DNA of 64,000 nt, taken from the IMG/VR virus record IMGVR_UViG_3300032240_002419, positions 1,803 through 65,802 of that record; one strand, written 5' to 3'. The position numbers were made by a program, and so were the translations under genes. This document shows, piece by piece, positions 17,762-26,048 of the stretch. How positions within the stretch are numbered: the first letter of the stretch is position 1; every line of letters begins with the position of its first letter. The DNA is from a virus (taxonomy: Duplodnaviria; Caudoviricetes). Under the pieces are notes generated by a model. That model saw only the letters and a list, made by a program, of their open reading frames with translations. It ran no database searches and had not been told where the DNA came from.

Positions 17762-17974
17762 ATGCGTTTCTGGTTCCATTACAACAAACCGCTCAGCAAA
17801 CAAAAGGGCTGCAACGTCCTGACCATACACTACAAGGGAGCCTGTCACTTTGTGACCGGGCTAATCTGCAACGTGCCGATCGCTACCCGTGACCGCACGT
17901 CTCAGCCCCGATGTGTCATGGCTGGCGACGCGACCAGCATCACCATTACCGACAGCGTAGCAACCATCAACTAA
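17762..17974 (+). CDS. hypothetical protein
   Basis: MRFWFHYNKP...QPRCVMAG. Confidence 0.65.
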   Translation: MRFWFHYNKPLSKQKGCNVLTIHYKGACHFVTGLICNVPIATRDRTSQPRCVMAGDATSITITDSVATIN

Positions 17975-17982
17975 TACAACCT

Positions 17983-19125
17983 ATGTCTACCGCACAAGAG
18001 AAAGTCTCTCAAGCCACCACGCAGATCATTCTTGATCATCCCTTCTTCGCCACCCTGCTCCTGCACATGCGGCGTATCGAGGACGACAAGATCCCCACGG
18101 CCTGCACCAATGGCGTCTTCATCAAATACAACCCCAAGTTCATCGACACGCTGACTCTTCCCCAAGTCGTCGGCTTGCTTGTCCATGAGGTTCTTCACCC
18201 CGCACTCGGTCACCTGCATCGTCTGCCCCCTACCAAGCGTGGCAACATCGCTGGCGACTATGCCATCAATAACTTCCTCGACGACTACAACAAGACCGTC
18301 GGTCACAATCGTATCGATCTGCCTCCCGGCGGTTGCGTCGACCATCAGTATGACGGCCTGTCGGCCGAGCAGATCCTCGGCAAGCTTCCTCCCGAGGAAG
18401 AGGACGGTGGCGGCGGCAACGGCGACGGCACGGGCTGGGGCGACTTCGAGGGCCCCGCAGGTGACGGCGACCTCAGCCCCGAGGACATGCAGTCCGAGTG
18501 GGAGCGTCGTGTCGTCCAGTCCGCTACGGCGGTCAAGATGCAACAGGGCAAGCTCCCTGCCTGTATCGAGGCCATGGTTGAGAAGCTCGTCAACCCCGTC
18601 GTGCCTTGGCAGGAGGTGCTGGCTAGGTTCATCGACAACACCTCCGCCAATGACTACAGCTGGTCTAAGCCCGACCGCAGGTTCCTGCCCGACGACATCG
18701 TGATCCCCGATCTCCACGACGAGACGCTCGGCGAGATCGTTGTCGCTCTGGATACGTCAGGCTCCATCTATGGATCTGCCGATGTCCTCGAGTCCTTCCA
18801 GACGGAAGTCAACGAGATCATCCGTCGGTGCAAGCCGGAGCGTACAACTATCATACACTGCGACGCCGCCGTTCAGCACGTCGAGGAGTTCGGCCCCGGT
18901 GACACCGTAACGCTCAAGCCCAAGGGCGGTGGCGGCACGGACTTCCGTCCGGTCGGCGATTACATCCGCGAGCACAACATCAACCCTCGCGTTGTCATCT
19001 ATCTCACCGACCTCTACGGGACGTTCCCCGATCGCGAGTGGCCCTTCCCCACGATCTGGGTCGTCTACAGCAACCCCACGGGTGTCGCCCCCTTCGGCGA
19101 AACCGTGACCATCCCCAACTCCTAA
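17983..19125 (+). CDS. metallopeptidase-VWA domain protein (DUF2201-like)
   Basis: TACTNG, HEVLH zincin, NIAGDYAIN; MIDAS DTSGS, GGGGTDF, YLTDLYG. Confidence 0.9.
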   Translation: MSTAQEKVSQATTQIILDHPFFATLLLHMRRIEDDKIPTACTNGVFIKYNPKFIDTLTLPQVVGLLVHEVLHPALGHLHRLPPTKRGNIAGDYAINNFLDDYNKTVGHNRIDLPPGGCVDHQYDGLSAEQILGKLPPEEEDGGGGNGDGTGWGDFEGPAGDGDLSPEDMQSEWERRVVQSATAVKMQQGKLPACIEAMVEKLVNPVVPWQEVLARFIDNTSANDYSWSKPDRRFLPDDIVIPDLHDETLGEIVVALDTSGSIYGSADVLESFQTEVNEIIRRCKPERTTIIHCDAAVQHVEEFGPGDTVTLKPKGGGGTDFRPVGDYIREHNINPRVVIYLTDLYGTFPDREWPFPTIWVVYSNPTGVAPFGETVTIPNS

Positions 19126-19128
19126 CCC

Positions 19129-19386
19129 ATGGAAAATGACGAACGCCTTCTATCCAACGCAGTCTACCAGACTGTGCATGACCAGCTCGATCCTCCGCCG
19201 TATGTTTTCTCAAGCCTACCCTTCGAGGAAGAGCAGACCATCATAGAAGCTCTTGGAAAAAGTGCTTACTACCTCATCACCACCAACGGGAATCGGTTTC
19301 ACCCCCGAGTCCTAGAATACTACAAACGGTGGGGCAACCGATACCTTCAGGGTCTTCGTGCGTCTCGCCGTCTCCTAAAATCCTAA
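19129..19386 (+). CDS. hypothetical protein
   Basis: 85-aa ORF in operon. Confidence 0.6.
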   Translation: MENDERLLSNAVYQTVHDQLDPPPYVFSSLPFEEEQTIIEALGKSAYYLITTNGNRFHPRVLEYYKRWGNRYLQGLRASRRLLKS

Positions 19387-19407
19387 CCCACACATAACCA
19401 CACATCC

Positions 19408-20244
19408 ATGAAAACAAACATTATATTACCATCAGCTTCTGGCCCGAGTCACGACTACCGAGCAAGACAACGCGACAAAGTGTTAGAAGCCATGCAGTCT
19501 TTAGAAAGTATTCGCGTTAATCTGGGCAATCCCACTTTCTTTACCCTTACCAAGAACCTTGACTTCCTACAGGAAATCACGGAGTGCTTGGGGGTAATTA
19601 AGTCGGCTCGGCCCGACGGTCAACTATATAGGTCTGGAGCTAAGTTTCCTTACAAACAGGCCCCTCAGTCTCCCACAACCAGTTACTTCAATCCACATAG
19701 GAGGATTGACTTTGACTTCGATACTCCTTTGCCACGTAAGAAAGAAACCTTTGCCGCCGAACGTATGTCAACAGCTATTACATGCGTTAAGAGACATATC
19801 GAAGCAGCTCACTATGGCCCGCAAAACGTCGAGTTTAGCGATACCAAAACTCCTTCATTGGTGGCCAAGAGATACAAGAGGCGCTGGCACACTCGTCAAT
19901 ATACTGTAGACTGGACGGTCACCTTGCCCACCAAGTGGGTTCAGTCTGGAGCCCCTGATGTAGCCAAAGCGTTCGACAATAAGTTCGTTCCGTTAAGGTG
20001 TTCTGCTATTCAGTCTCTCAGTGAGTACCGGATCTACCAAGTCACTCGGGCTATCTATAAACCCGTCAAGGACGACGTGCAGATCACAGTCGATAGCGGT
20101 TTTGCCGCCTTCATCAATCGACCCGGTAAAGATGCACTTGCCGGATGGGGTGACACTTCGGAAGCCGCCATTAAGGGAGTGAAGCGGGCCATGGCCAAGG
20201 AAGCTCGCGAACGTCTGCTCAGCTCAATGAAACCCACAACCTAA
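19408..20244 (+). CDS. hypothetical protein
   Basis: 278-aa ORF, A/C leader. Confidence 0.7.
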   Translation: MKTNIILPSASGPSHDYRARQRDKVLEAMQSLESIRVNLGNPTFFTLTKNLDFLQEITECLGVIKSARPDGQLYRSGAKFPYKQAPQSPTTSYFNPHRRIDFDFDTPLPRKKETFAAERMSTAITCVKRHIEAAHYGPQNVEFSDTKTPSLVAKRYKRRWHTRQYTVDWTVTLPTKWVQSGAPDVAKAFDNKFVPLRCSAIQSLSEYRIYQVTRAIYKPVKDDVQITVDSGFAAFINRPGKDALAGWGDTSEAAIKGVKRAMAKEARERLLSSMKPTT

Positions 20245-20253
20245 CCTCAACCC

Positions 20254-20505
20254 ATGAAAACCACACATAGTCAAATACCACCCAATGCAAAGTTTCCCGC
20301 TTTCCCGTTCCCGGGATTCGCAGGGAGTTCCCACCATCCTCCGCAACCCAGTAACTCCGGTATGTGCTTCCGAGACTACCTAGCTGTCAAGGCTATGGAG
20401 AGTATCGTAGGCCATGCAAACTACCACCCCGAGTACCCTAGCAAAATTGCTTCAGCAGCCTATGCTATATCTGACGCCATGATCGAAGCTAGAGGAACAT
20501 ACTAA
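20254..20505 (+). CDS. conserved small phage protein (PAFP...GMxxRDY...AYxxxDAM family)
   Basis: PAFP, GMCFRDYLAVKAM, AYAISDAMIEAR. Confidence 0.75.
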   Translation: MKTTHSQIPPNAKFPAFPFPGFAGSSHHPPQPSNSGMCFRDYLAVKAMESIVGHANYHPEYPSKIASAAYAISDAMIEARGTY

Positions 20506-20523
20506 CCCCAACCCACCACACCC

Positions 20524-20745
20524 ATGATAAAAGAAACAGACGATAAACAGAAAGCAGTCATTGCTCGTTCACTTAAATGCGTGCAAGACGGCTTATCTCA
20601 TTACTTAACCGGTAAAGAGAAAGCCCCCACGGAGAAGGAGATCCTTGCCTGCGTCAAAGACCTCATCAAGCTGTTCCCCTGTCTCGGGGCTCTTGCCAAA
20701 ACTTTCGTGGATAAAAACGATAAGTCGGTAGAGAAAGCATCCTAA
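20524..20745 (+). CDS. hypothetical protein
   Basis: 73-aa ORF. Confidence 0.6.
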   Translation: MIKETDDKQKAVIARSLKCVQDGLSHYLTGKEKAPTEKEILACVKDLIKLFPCLGALAKTFVDKNDKSVEKAS

Positions 20746-20763
20746 CACACAACCCACATACCA

Positions 20764-21147
20764 ATGAAGAAACAGACCAAAAACACCATCAAGAAGTCCG
20801 CCTCTAAACCCAAAGCCAAGGCCAAGTCCAAAGCCAAGCCAAAGACCAAGCTGAGGGATCGCCTCAACCAAAAGTTGACGCCACTCATGCAGAGCTTCGT
20901 CGAAGACTTGAGGAAGATGCAGACTAAGTATCCCATGTGCATTGTCGATGGCTGGACGCCAATTGACTTCGAGTACGCTCTGCATCGCCAAAATGACCCC
21001 GACGTCCAGATCGGCGACGTTAGCCCTAACTGGGAAGATGATCGCTATCTCTGGGCGGCTGAGCAAGTCGATCGCTATCGTGACGCTAACATCGGCATCA
21101 GCTGGAATTTCCTGTCTGCAATTCTGTCCGGGCTACACGAAGCCTAA
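20764..21147 (+). CDS. protein with Lys/Ala/Pro-rich (H1-tail-like) N-terminus
   Basis: KKSASKPKAKAKSKAKPKTK then acidic domain DANIGISW. Confidence 0.7.
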   Translation: MKKQTKNTIKKSASKPKAKAKSKAKPKTKLRDRLNQKLTPLMQSFVEDLRKMQTKYPMCIVDGWTPIDFEYALHRQNDPDVQIGDVSPNWEDDRYLWAAEQVDRYRDANIGISWNFLSAILSGLHEA

Positions 21148-21179
21148 TCATCACTATCACGAACAACAACCCACATACT

Positions 21180-21449
21180 ATGACCACAGAAATCGTAACC
21201 TACGGAAAAGAAGCATCGCTCAAGAAAGCTCGCAGGATGGAAAAGTCCCGCGAGTATTCCCGGAGATACTATAAAAAGAACAAAGACGCTCGAAGAGCAT
21301 ATAGCCAGAAGTACTACAGCGAGAAGAGGAAGAAAAACAATCGAATCAGCATTGAATTGCCGACGTCTTTCTTCGGTCGCTTGAAGCTTGCCTCTGAGCT
21401 CTTGTTTCGTATCGCCGTCGTATCGGTGAAGATTGTCTTCACTCGATGA
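21180..21449 (+). CDS. basic hypothetical protein
   Basis: EYSRRYYKKNK / AYSQKYYSEK repeats. Confidence 0.6.
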   Translation: MTTEIVTYGKEASLKKARRMEKSREYSRRYYKKNKDARRAYSQKYYSEKRKKNNRISIELPTSFFGRLKLASELLFRIAVVSVKIVFTR

Positions 21450-21724
21450 GGACGTTTGCCTTACAGACTCAGAAACCGATCACTGCTGGCTGGACACCTA
21501 CCCACGAGGCCTTGGCCTTGGTTTCCAAACCCAACAGTGCCAAGCCAAAGAAGTTGAGACAGCCAAAGACCAAGCGGTCTGCCTCCAATCTCTACGGCAA
21601 AGAGTTCGATCCTAAGCGCTGCATCTATGCCGTATCCGATCCGACCGGATTTTGGCAGTGCGGTCATGTCGCGGGGAAGGGCCCCAAAGAGCTCTTCTGC
21701 GGACGACACGCTACTGCGGCGTAG
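21446..21724 (+). CDS. hypothetical protein with C-terminal Cys/His zinc-finger-like motif
   Basis: RC..x..QC..x..FCGRH. Confidence 0.6.
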   Translation: MRTFALQTQKPITAGWTPTHEALALVSKPNSAKPKKLRQPKTKRSASNLYGKEFDPKRCIYAVSDPTGFWQCGHVAGKGPKELFCGRHATAA

Positions 21725-22109
21725 TAGGTTCGACTGTCGGCTTAGTCTTGTTAGAACGAAAATGCTTAACGCATTTCTCCATTAGGTTCTCAAGGAGGTA
21801 GGCGGCGGCCTCTTCGGTGCCCTCTGCCTCCTTGACACCTGTGTGGTGAAGCACGTTAAAAGTGACGTGGCACAACTCGTGTGCCAGCAAAGCCAACCCT
21901 TCCGGGGTATCCTTGAAGTCGTGCATGAACATCAAGTTCCCGTGCGAAGTATAGAACGTGATCGCATCGGTCTCGTCGTAATCTTCCATATCGACCAGCT
22001 CATCAATCTTCTTTCTCTTGAGCCATCCCTGCGCTTGTTCCTTGGTGCAGGGACAGAAGAGATAAAGACGATCCTTGTAGGGTTCAATCACAAAAGCTTT
22101 AGGTTTCAT
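21711..22109 (-). CDS. small zincin-like (HExxH) protein
   Basis: LLAHELCHVTF...EEAAAYL. Confidence 0.7.
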   Translation of the reverse strand: MKPKAFVIEPYKDRLYLFCPCTKEQAQGWLKRKKIDELVDMEDYDETDAITFYTSHGNLMFMHDFKDTPEGLALLAHELCHVTFNVLHHTGVKEAEGTEEAAAYLLENLMEKCVKHFRSNKTKPTVEPTTPQ

Positions 22110-22117
22110 GTTATTAG

Positions 22118-22879
22118 TTAGGTTGCGTTTGAAGAACTCATGGTTGCGTAAAAATTAAAGCTTATACTTCCATCCGTTAGATCATAATTAGACCCAAGCC
22201 TTGAATATGCTCCATCAGTTAATTTACTGTATAGAGTTCCTCCAAAACTTGCCCCAAAAATAGTCAGGGAATAGCTTCCATTAGCAGTAAAAGTTGATGA
22301 TCCTTGATTTTTCGAGTCGCCTGACCATCCATTTCCTTCTATACTTATTAAAGTAATCGGAACTTTTTTAGTTTCTTTTTCAGGGCACCCCACGTAAAAA
22401 ACTACTTCCATGTGTTCTAAGTTATCAAGAGTAGAGTACGAATTTACTCCGTAACAACTAACCTGTGTGTACATAGTTTGACCGGGATAATAAAGATCCA
22501 AAGTACATACCGCATCATATACAGAACATAAAGAATCAAAAGTATGTGTATCTCTCTCATTGGTTTCGTCTTCTGCTGGTCCCTCCCCAACTCCTCCCGG
22601 CTCGTAATAAAAAGTGCCGTCCGCCACGTCGTTTACATAAGAATCCGCAGTTGCGTACGCGTTTCCATCCGAGTCGTCCGGACAATCTCCAGTATAATCA
22701 TAATTCATCTGGGCCGTTAAATCCCAATCGTTGCTACTTAAAGTTATAGTAGTTTTTTTCTCTATGTCGGCAATGATTTCCGTTTGATCAACGTATTGAG
22801 TTTCTCCTATTTTTCCGTGCGGAGCTCCTAAGAGTTTAGTATCTGTTTGATCGTTGCAGCAAGGGTATAAATAAAACAT
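22118..22879 (-). CDS. acidic, AT-rich hypothetical (possible virion surface) protein
   Basis: 253-aa D/T/Y/S-rich ORF, visibly lower GC than neighbours. Confidence 0.65.
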   Translation of the reverse strand: MFYLYPCCNDQTDTKLLGAPHGKIGETQYVDQTEIIADIEKKTTITLSSNDWDLTAQMNYDYTGDCPDDSDGNAYATADSYVNDVADGTFYYEPGGVGEGPAEDETNERDTHTFDSLCSVYDAVCTLDLYYPGQTMYTQVSCYGVNSYSTLDNLEHMEVVFYVGCPEKETKKVPITLISIEGNGWSGDSKNQGSSTFTANGSYSLTIFGASFGGTLYSKLTDGAYSRLGSNYDLTDGSISFNFYATMSSSNAT

Positions 22880-22895
22880 AGTCTTTGAGGTAAAA

Positions 22896-23306
22896 TTATA
22901 AAGTAGGTTCCAAGTACGCTCCTATATCAATCAAACCTGCGTGACGTTCCCTATGGCACCTGCAGCATAGCAAAATGCATTTCTCCGCTTCTTCAGTTGA
23001 TTTTTGTTTATGCCCACGGATCACACTTATATGAGCTTTCTTAGTGGAAGGGTCTAGGTGATCAAACTCCAAAGCTTGTATGCATTTGTTGTATCCGCAA
23101 ACAGCGCAAGCGCCTCCGTAGGCCATCTTCAAATCCTTTGCAAGCCTGCGTCTCCGCTCTCGATTGCGAACGACCACCTGCTGCTTGGCCCCTTTGGTCA
23201 ACACGTAGTGTACCGAAGAACGGCTGCACGGAATTGCTTCAGCAATTTCCCGATAGCTCAGGCCCTTGCTTCGCAATTTGAAAATCTGTTTTCCTAGTTC
23301 AGTCAA
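22896..23306 (-). CDS. HTH-HNH endonuclease-like protein
   Basis: GLSYREIAEAIPCSRSSV HTH; CAVCGY..ALEFDHLDP..CILLCCRCHRERH. Confidence 0.8.
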   Translation of the reverse strand: MTELGKQIFKLRSKGLSYREIAEAIPCSRSSVHYVLTKGAKQQVVVRNRERRRRLAKDLKMAYGGACAVCGYNKCIQALEFDHLDPSTKKAHISVIRGHKQKSTEEAEKCILLCCRCHRERHAGLIDIGAYLEPTL

Positions 23307-23324
23307 ACGTTGTGATCAGTAAAT

Positions 23325-23339
23325 GATACGAACCATTCG
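23325..23339 (+). repeat. 15-bp repeat copy 1 (GATACGAACCATTCG), operator-like
   Basis: Identical copy at 23717-23731; core CGAA-N3-TTCG palindrome. Confidence 0.7.
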
Positions 23340-23487
23340 GTCAACATATTAATTTCTAGTTCGGGCTATTTGATTGACACATCAAAAAATCCCGATCTAG
23401 TGTCGCCCACCATTTAGCGTCCTGTAAATTGCAATCAACTTACATGAAGTTAAATACAACCCAAACCAACACCTAAAATAAAATATT

Positions 23488-23682
23488 ATGAGCAATCTAT
23501 TTAATAACTCCGCTCTTAAGAAGTACATGCTAGAGCGCATCAAGGTCGTCAATCCCGGACGCGGGGACAAGTTCACTCGTGTGTCGGCCGACGCCATTGT
23601 TGACCTAGACGCCCGATTTCGTGGCGTTGTCGACGCTTACCTCCGTGCCCAGACCACGGGCAAAACCATCACCACACCGTGA
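23488..23682 (+). CDS. putative histone-fold protein
   Basis: LFNNSALKKY (a1), RVSADA (L1), amphipathic a2, GKTI (L2). Confidence 0.55.
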   Translation: MSNLFNNSALKKYMLERIKVVNPGRGDKFTRVSADAIVDLDARFRGVVDAYLRAQTTGKTITTP

Positions 23683-23716
23683 TTTTGCTGTTGACGCTTA
23701 ACACGATTTACCACAC

Positions 23717-23731
23717 GATACGAACCATTCG
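23717..23731 (+). repeat. 15-bp repeat copy 2 (GATACGAACCATTCG)
   Basis: Overlaps putative -10 of TTGACG-N17-CACGAT promoter. Confidence 0.7.
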
Positions 23732-23736
23732 ATTCT

Positions 23737-24054
23737 ATGCCCGACATCATTCTGCACTCTATTTTTCAAGAAGGCTCGGATCTTGAAGAGATCGCCAGTT
23801 GCGTGACTGCCTTTCTTGACGGCGATTGCGGAACTATAACCAGTGACGACGAAGTTCTAGGATTCATGAAACGCAGCGTTGAGGGTAAGGCTCGACACGG
23901 CATCTATGAAACCAAAACCGGAGGACGAGTTCACGTCATCGGCGACGACGAAAAAGTCATGGCCATGCCTGACATCATCTTTGCGCAAAGCGGGGCTGGC
24001 TCGCTCTGCTCAATGAATACCTGCCAGCACAACCACGAAACATCCAATGAGTGA
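23737..24054 (+). CDS. hypothetical acidic protein
   Basis: 105-aa ORF. Confidence 0.65.
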   Translation: MPDIILHSIFQEGSDLEEIASCVTAFLDGDCGTITSDDEVLGFMKRSVEGKARHGIYETKTGGRVHVIGDDEKVMAMPDIIFAQSGAGSLCSMNTCQHNHETSNE

Positions 24055-24307
24055 AGCATGGACAAGGAAAGAAGGAAAAAACCCTAAGGGCGGGCTGAAC
24101 GCCAAGGGCAGGGCCAGCTACAACAAAGCGCACGGCGGTAACCTCAAGGCTCCCGCTCCGCATCCCAAATCGAAATCTGACTCCGCTCGACGCAAAAGCT
24201 TTTGTGCCCGCATGTCCGGCATGAAGGCCAAGTTGACCAGCGCCAAAACCAAGAACGATCCCAACAGCAGAATCAACAAGTCCCTTCGGGCTTGGAACTG
24301 CAAATAA
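24047..24307 (+). CDS. conserved basic phage protein (DUF6321-like)
   Basis: AWTRKEGKNPKGGLNAKGR, RRKSFCARM, SRINKSLRAWNC. Confidence 0.8.
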   Translation: MSEAWTRKEGKNPKGGLNAKGRASYNKAHGGNLKAPAPHPKSKSDSARRKSFCARMSGMKAKLTSAKTKNDPNSRINKSLRAWNCK

Positions 24308-24309
24308 TC

Positions 24310-24570
24310 ATGGCCACGAAGAAACGCGACTATTCCTACGACACTGCCTACGAGTCTTCTCCCGAGCAGATTAAAAACCGAGAGGCTCGTAACCTAGCCC
24401 GCGCCCACGCAAAGAAACGTCTGGGTGCTTCAACAGTTAAAGGCAAAGACGTAGACCACATCAAACCACTATCACGCGGCGGAGCTAAATCCGACGGCAA
24501 CACCCGACTACGGTCTGTCCACTCCAACCGAGGCGACAAGACCATGTTCCAACACAGACACGGCAAATGA
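24310..24570 (+). CDS. small HNH endonuclease
   Basis: GKDVDHIKPLSRGG..NTRL..SNR. Confidence 0.8.
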   Translation: MATKKRDYSYDTAYESSPEQIKNREARNLARAHAKKRLGASTVKGKDVDHIKPLSRGGAKSDGNTRLRSVHSNRGDKTMFQHRHGK

Positions 24571-24911
24571 GCAAAGACACCATCCACCAAGACCAAGACG
24601 CTTACGATCAAGTCGTACAGCACGACATCACCCAATCCATCCTCAAGGCCGAGGAGTCTGGGCACCTAGCCGGGGCAGAAGCTCCGGTTTTTGCTTGCCA
24701 TACGTTCCTTCCCACAGGAGGCGGAGATGTTTATGCACGGGTCATTACTCGTCAGCTTAATCACCTTGCTAAGCAACTGGGAGTCCTAGGCTTTCAAGTG
24801 TTGTATAAAGAGGACACCTTTAAGACCGATACGGATAAGCCCGATCACGGGTACTTCCAAGTCCGAGTCTTTGCCAACGTACCCCCAGAAGACAATGGCT
24901 CCGAAAACTAA
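24567..24911 (+). CDS. hypothetical protein
   Basis: ATGA-coupled 114-aa ORF. Confidence 0.65.
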   Translation: MSKDTIHQDQDAYDQVVQHDITQSILKAEESGHLAGAEAPVFACHTFLPTGGGDVYARVITRQLNHLAKQLGVLGFQVLYKEDTFKTDTDKPDHGYFQVRVFANVPPEDNGSEN

Positions 24912-25080
24912 ATCCAAGGTCAACGCCGCTGGTAACTACACCAAGCCAACAATGCGTAAAGAATTGTTTAACCGTATTAAGGCTGGCAGTAAAGGCGGCA
25001 AGCCCGGTCAGTGGTCGGCTAGAAAAGCTCAGCTATTGGCGACTAGGTACAAATCCAATGGCGGGGGTTACCGCGACTAA
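24895..25080 (+). CDS. basic protein, N-terminal half of DUF5872-like family
   Basis: NYTKPTMR, GSKGGKPGQWSARKAQ, YK..GGGY. Confidence 0.75.
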   Translation: MAPKTKSKVNAAGNYTKPTMRKELFNRIKAGSKGGKPGQWSARKAQLLATRYKSNGGGYRD

Positions 25081-25083
25081 ACC

Positions 25084-25314
25084 ATGAGAAAACCTCAAAC
25101 ATCTCTCAAGGAATGGACCAACCAAAAGTGGCGCACCAGCGATGGCAGTTTGTCCAAGGGCAAGAAAAGATACTTGCCTGACGCTGCGTGGAAAGCTTTG
25201 ACCCCATCAGAGAAGTCTGCCACCAACCGAGCCAAGGCCAAAGGAAACCGCTCTGGTAAACAATTTGTAGCGCAACCTAAAAGCATAGCCCGTAAGACAG
25301 CCAAATATCGTTAG
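25084..25314 (+). CDS. basic protein, C-terminal half of DUF5872-like family
   Basis: QTSLKEWTNQKWRT, RYLPDAAW, ATNRAK, GKQFVAQP. Confidence 0.75.
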   Translation: MRKPQTSLKEWTNQKWRTSDGSLSKGKKRYLPDAAWKALTPSEKSATNRAKAKGNRSGKQFVAQPKSIARKTAKYR

Positions 25315-25338
25315 TCTAACCCCAAACCCAACAACACC

Positions 25339-25506
25339 ATGCCCGCAAAAAAGAACCCCATCCACATCAAAGAGTCTCACAAGGGACGTCTGACCGCCAT
25401 CGAAAAGCGGACAGGCAAGTCTCCCTCCGAGCTGAAGAACAGCAAGAACCCGGCCGTTCGCAAAATGGCTACGTTCGCGCTCAACGCCAAGAAGTGGAAG
25501 CACTAA
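25339..25506 (+). CDS. small basic phage protein
   Basis: MPAKKNPIHIKESHKG...RKMATFALNAKKWKH* (55 aa, below the ORF-track cut-off). Confidence 0.7.
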   Translation: MPAKKNPIHIKESHKGRLTAIEKRTGKSPSELKNSKNPAVRKMATFALNAKKWKH

Positions 25507-25587
25507 CAAATCACAGTCAACGCCGCTAGAAGTTTGCGTGACGGCCCGGAGAGACGGGCACCCCCTAACCTTAAATCCTTAAACATC

Positions 25588-25872
25588 ATGAAAACATTTC
25601 TTGTAACCCTGTTACCCTGCATCCTTGCACCCCTGCAACTCCTAGCCCAGTTGCCACCAATGTATAACCCGGCTGACGTGACCTACGGAATCCAGTCCGG
25701 TAACACCTATGACATCACTACCCGCGACGGACGGGAGCACTACGGCATTATCTACAACAACGTGGATAAAGACGGCTACGGAACCATCACCACGTTCAGT
25801 CCCGACATGTCTACCATGACCACAACGCATGTGTCTCCGGGATTCAGTGTGACCACCAGTCTAGGGCAATGA
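25588..25872 (+). CDS. putative exported protein
   Basis: Signal-peptide-like MKTFLVTLLPCILAPLQLLA. Confidence 0.6.
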   Translation: MKTFLVTLLPCILAPLQLLAQLPPMYNPADVTYGIQSGNTYDITTRDGREHYGIIYNNVDKDGYGTITTFSPDMSTMTTTHVSPGFSVTTSLGQ

Positions 25873-26048
25873 AATCCAACATACTTTTAGACGAAGTGGC
25901 GGGCTGCCTGTCCTTTGCCCTTAAACAAGCCAGCGCCTCCGGGCACCCCGGCCTTGTTGTCATCACCAAGGCTCGAGCCAAGACCCTTCTTCAAGACATC
26001 AGAGCTGCCCAAACTCAAAACCGCAAACTCTCAAGACTCATAAAATGA
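25869..26048 (+). CDS. hypothetical protein
   Basis: ATGA-coupled at both ends. Confidence 0.6.
   Translation: MKSNILLDEVAGCLSFALKQASASGHPGLVVITKARAKTLLQDIRAAQTQNRKLSRLIK

Noticed and set aside
16680-18717. Long antisense ORFs opposite ATPase and VWA genes (also 28220-29251, 54900-55871)
   Set aside because: Shadow ORFs caused by codon bias of well-supported genes.
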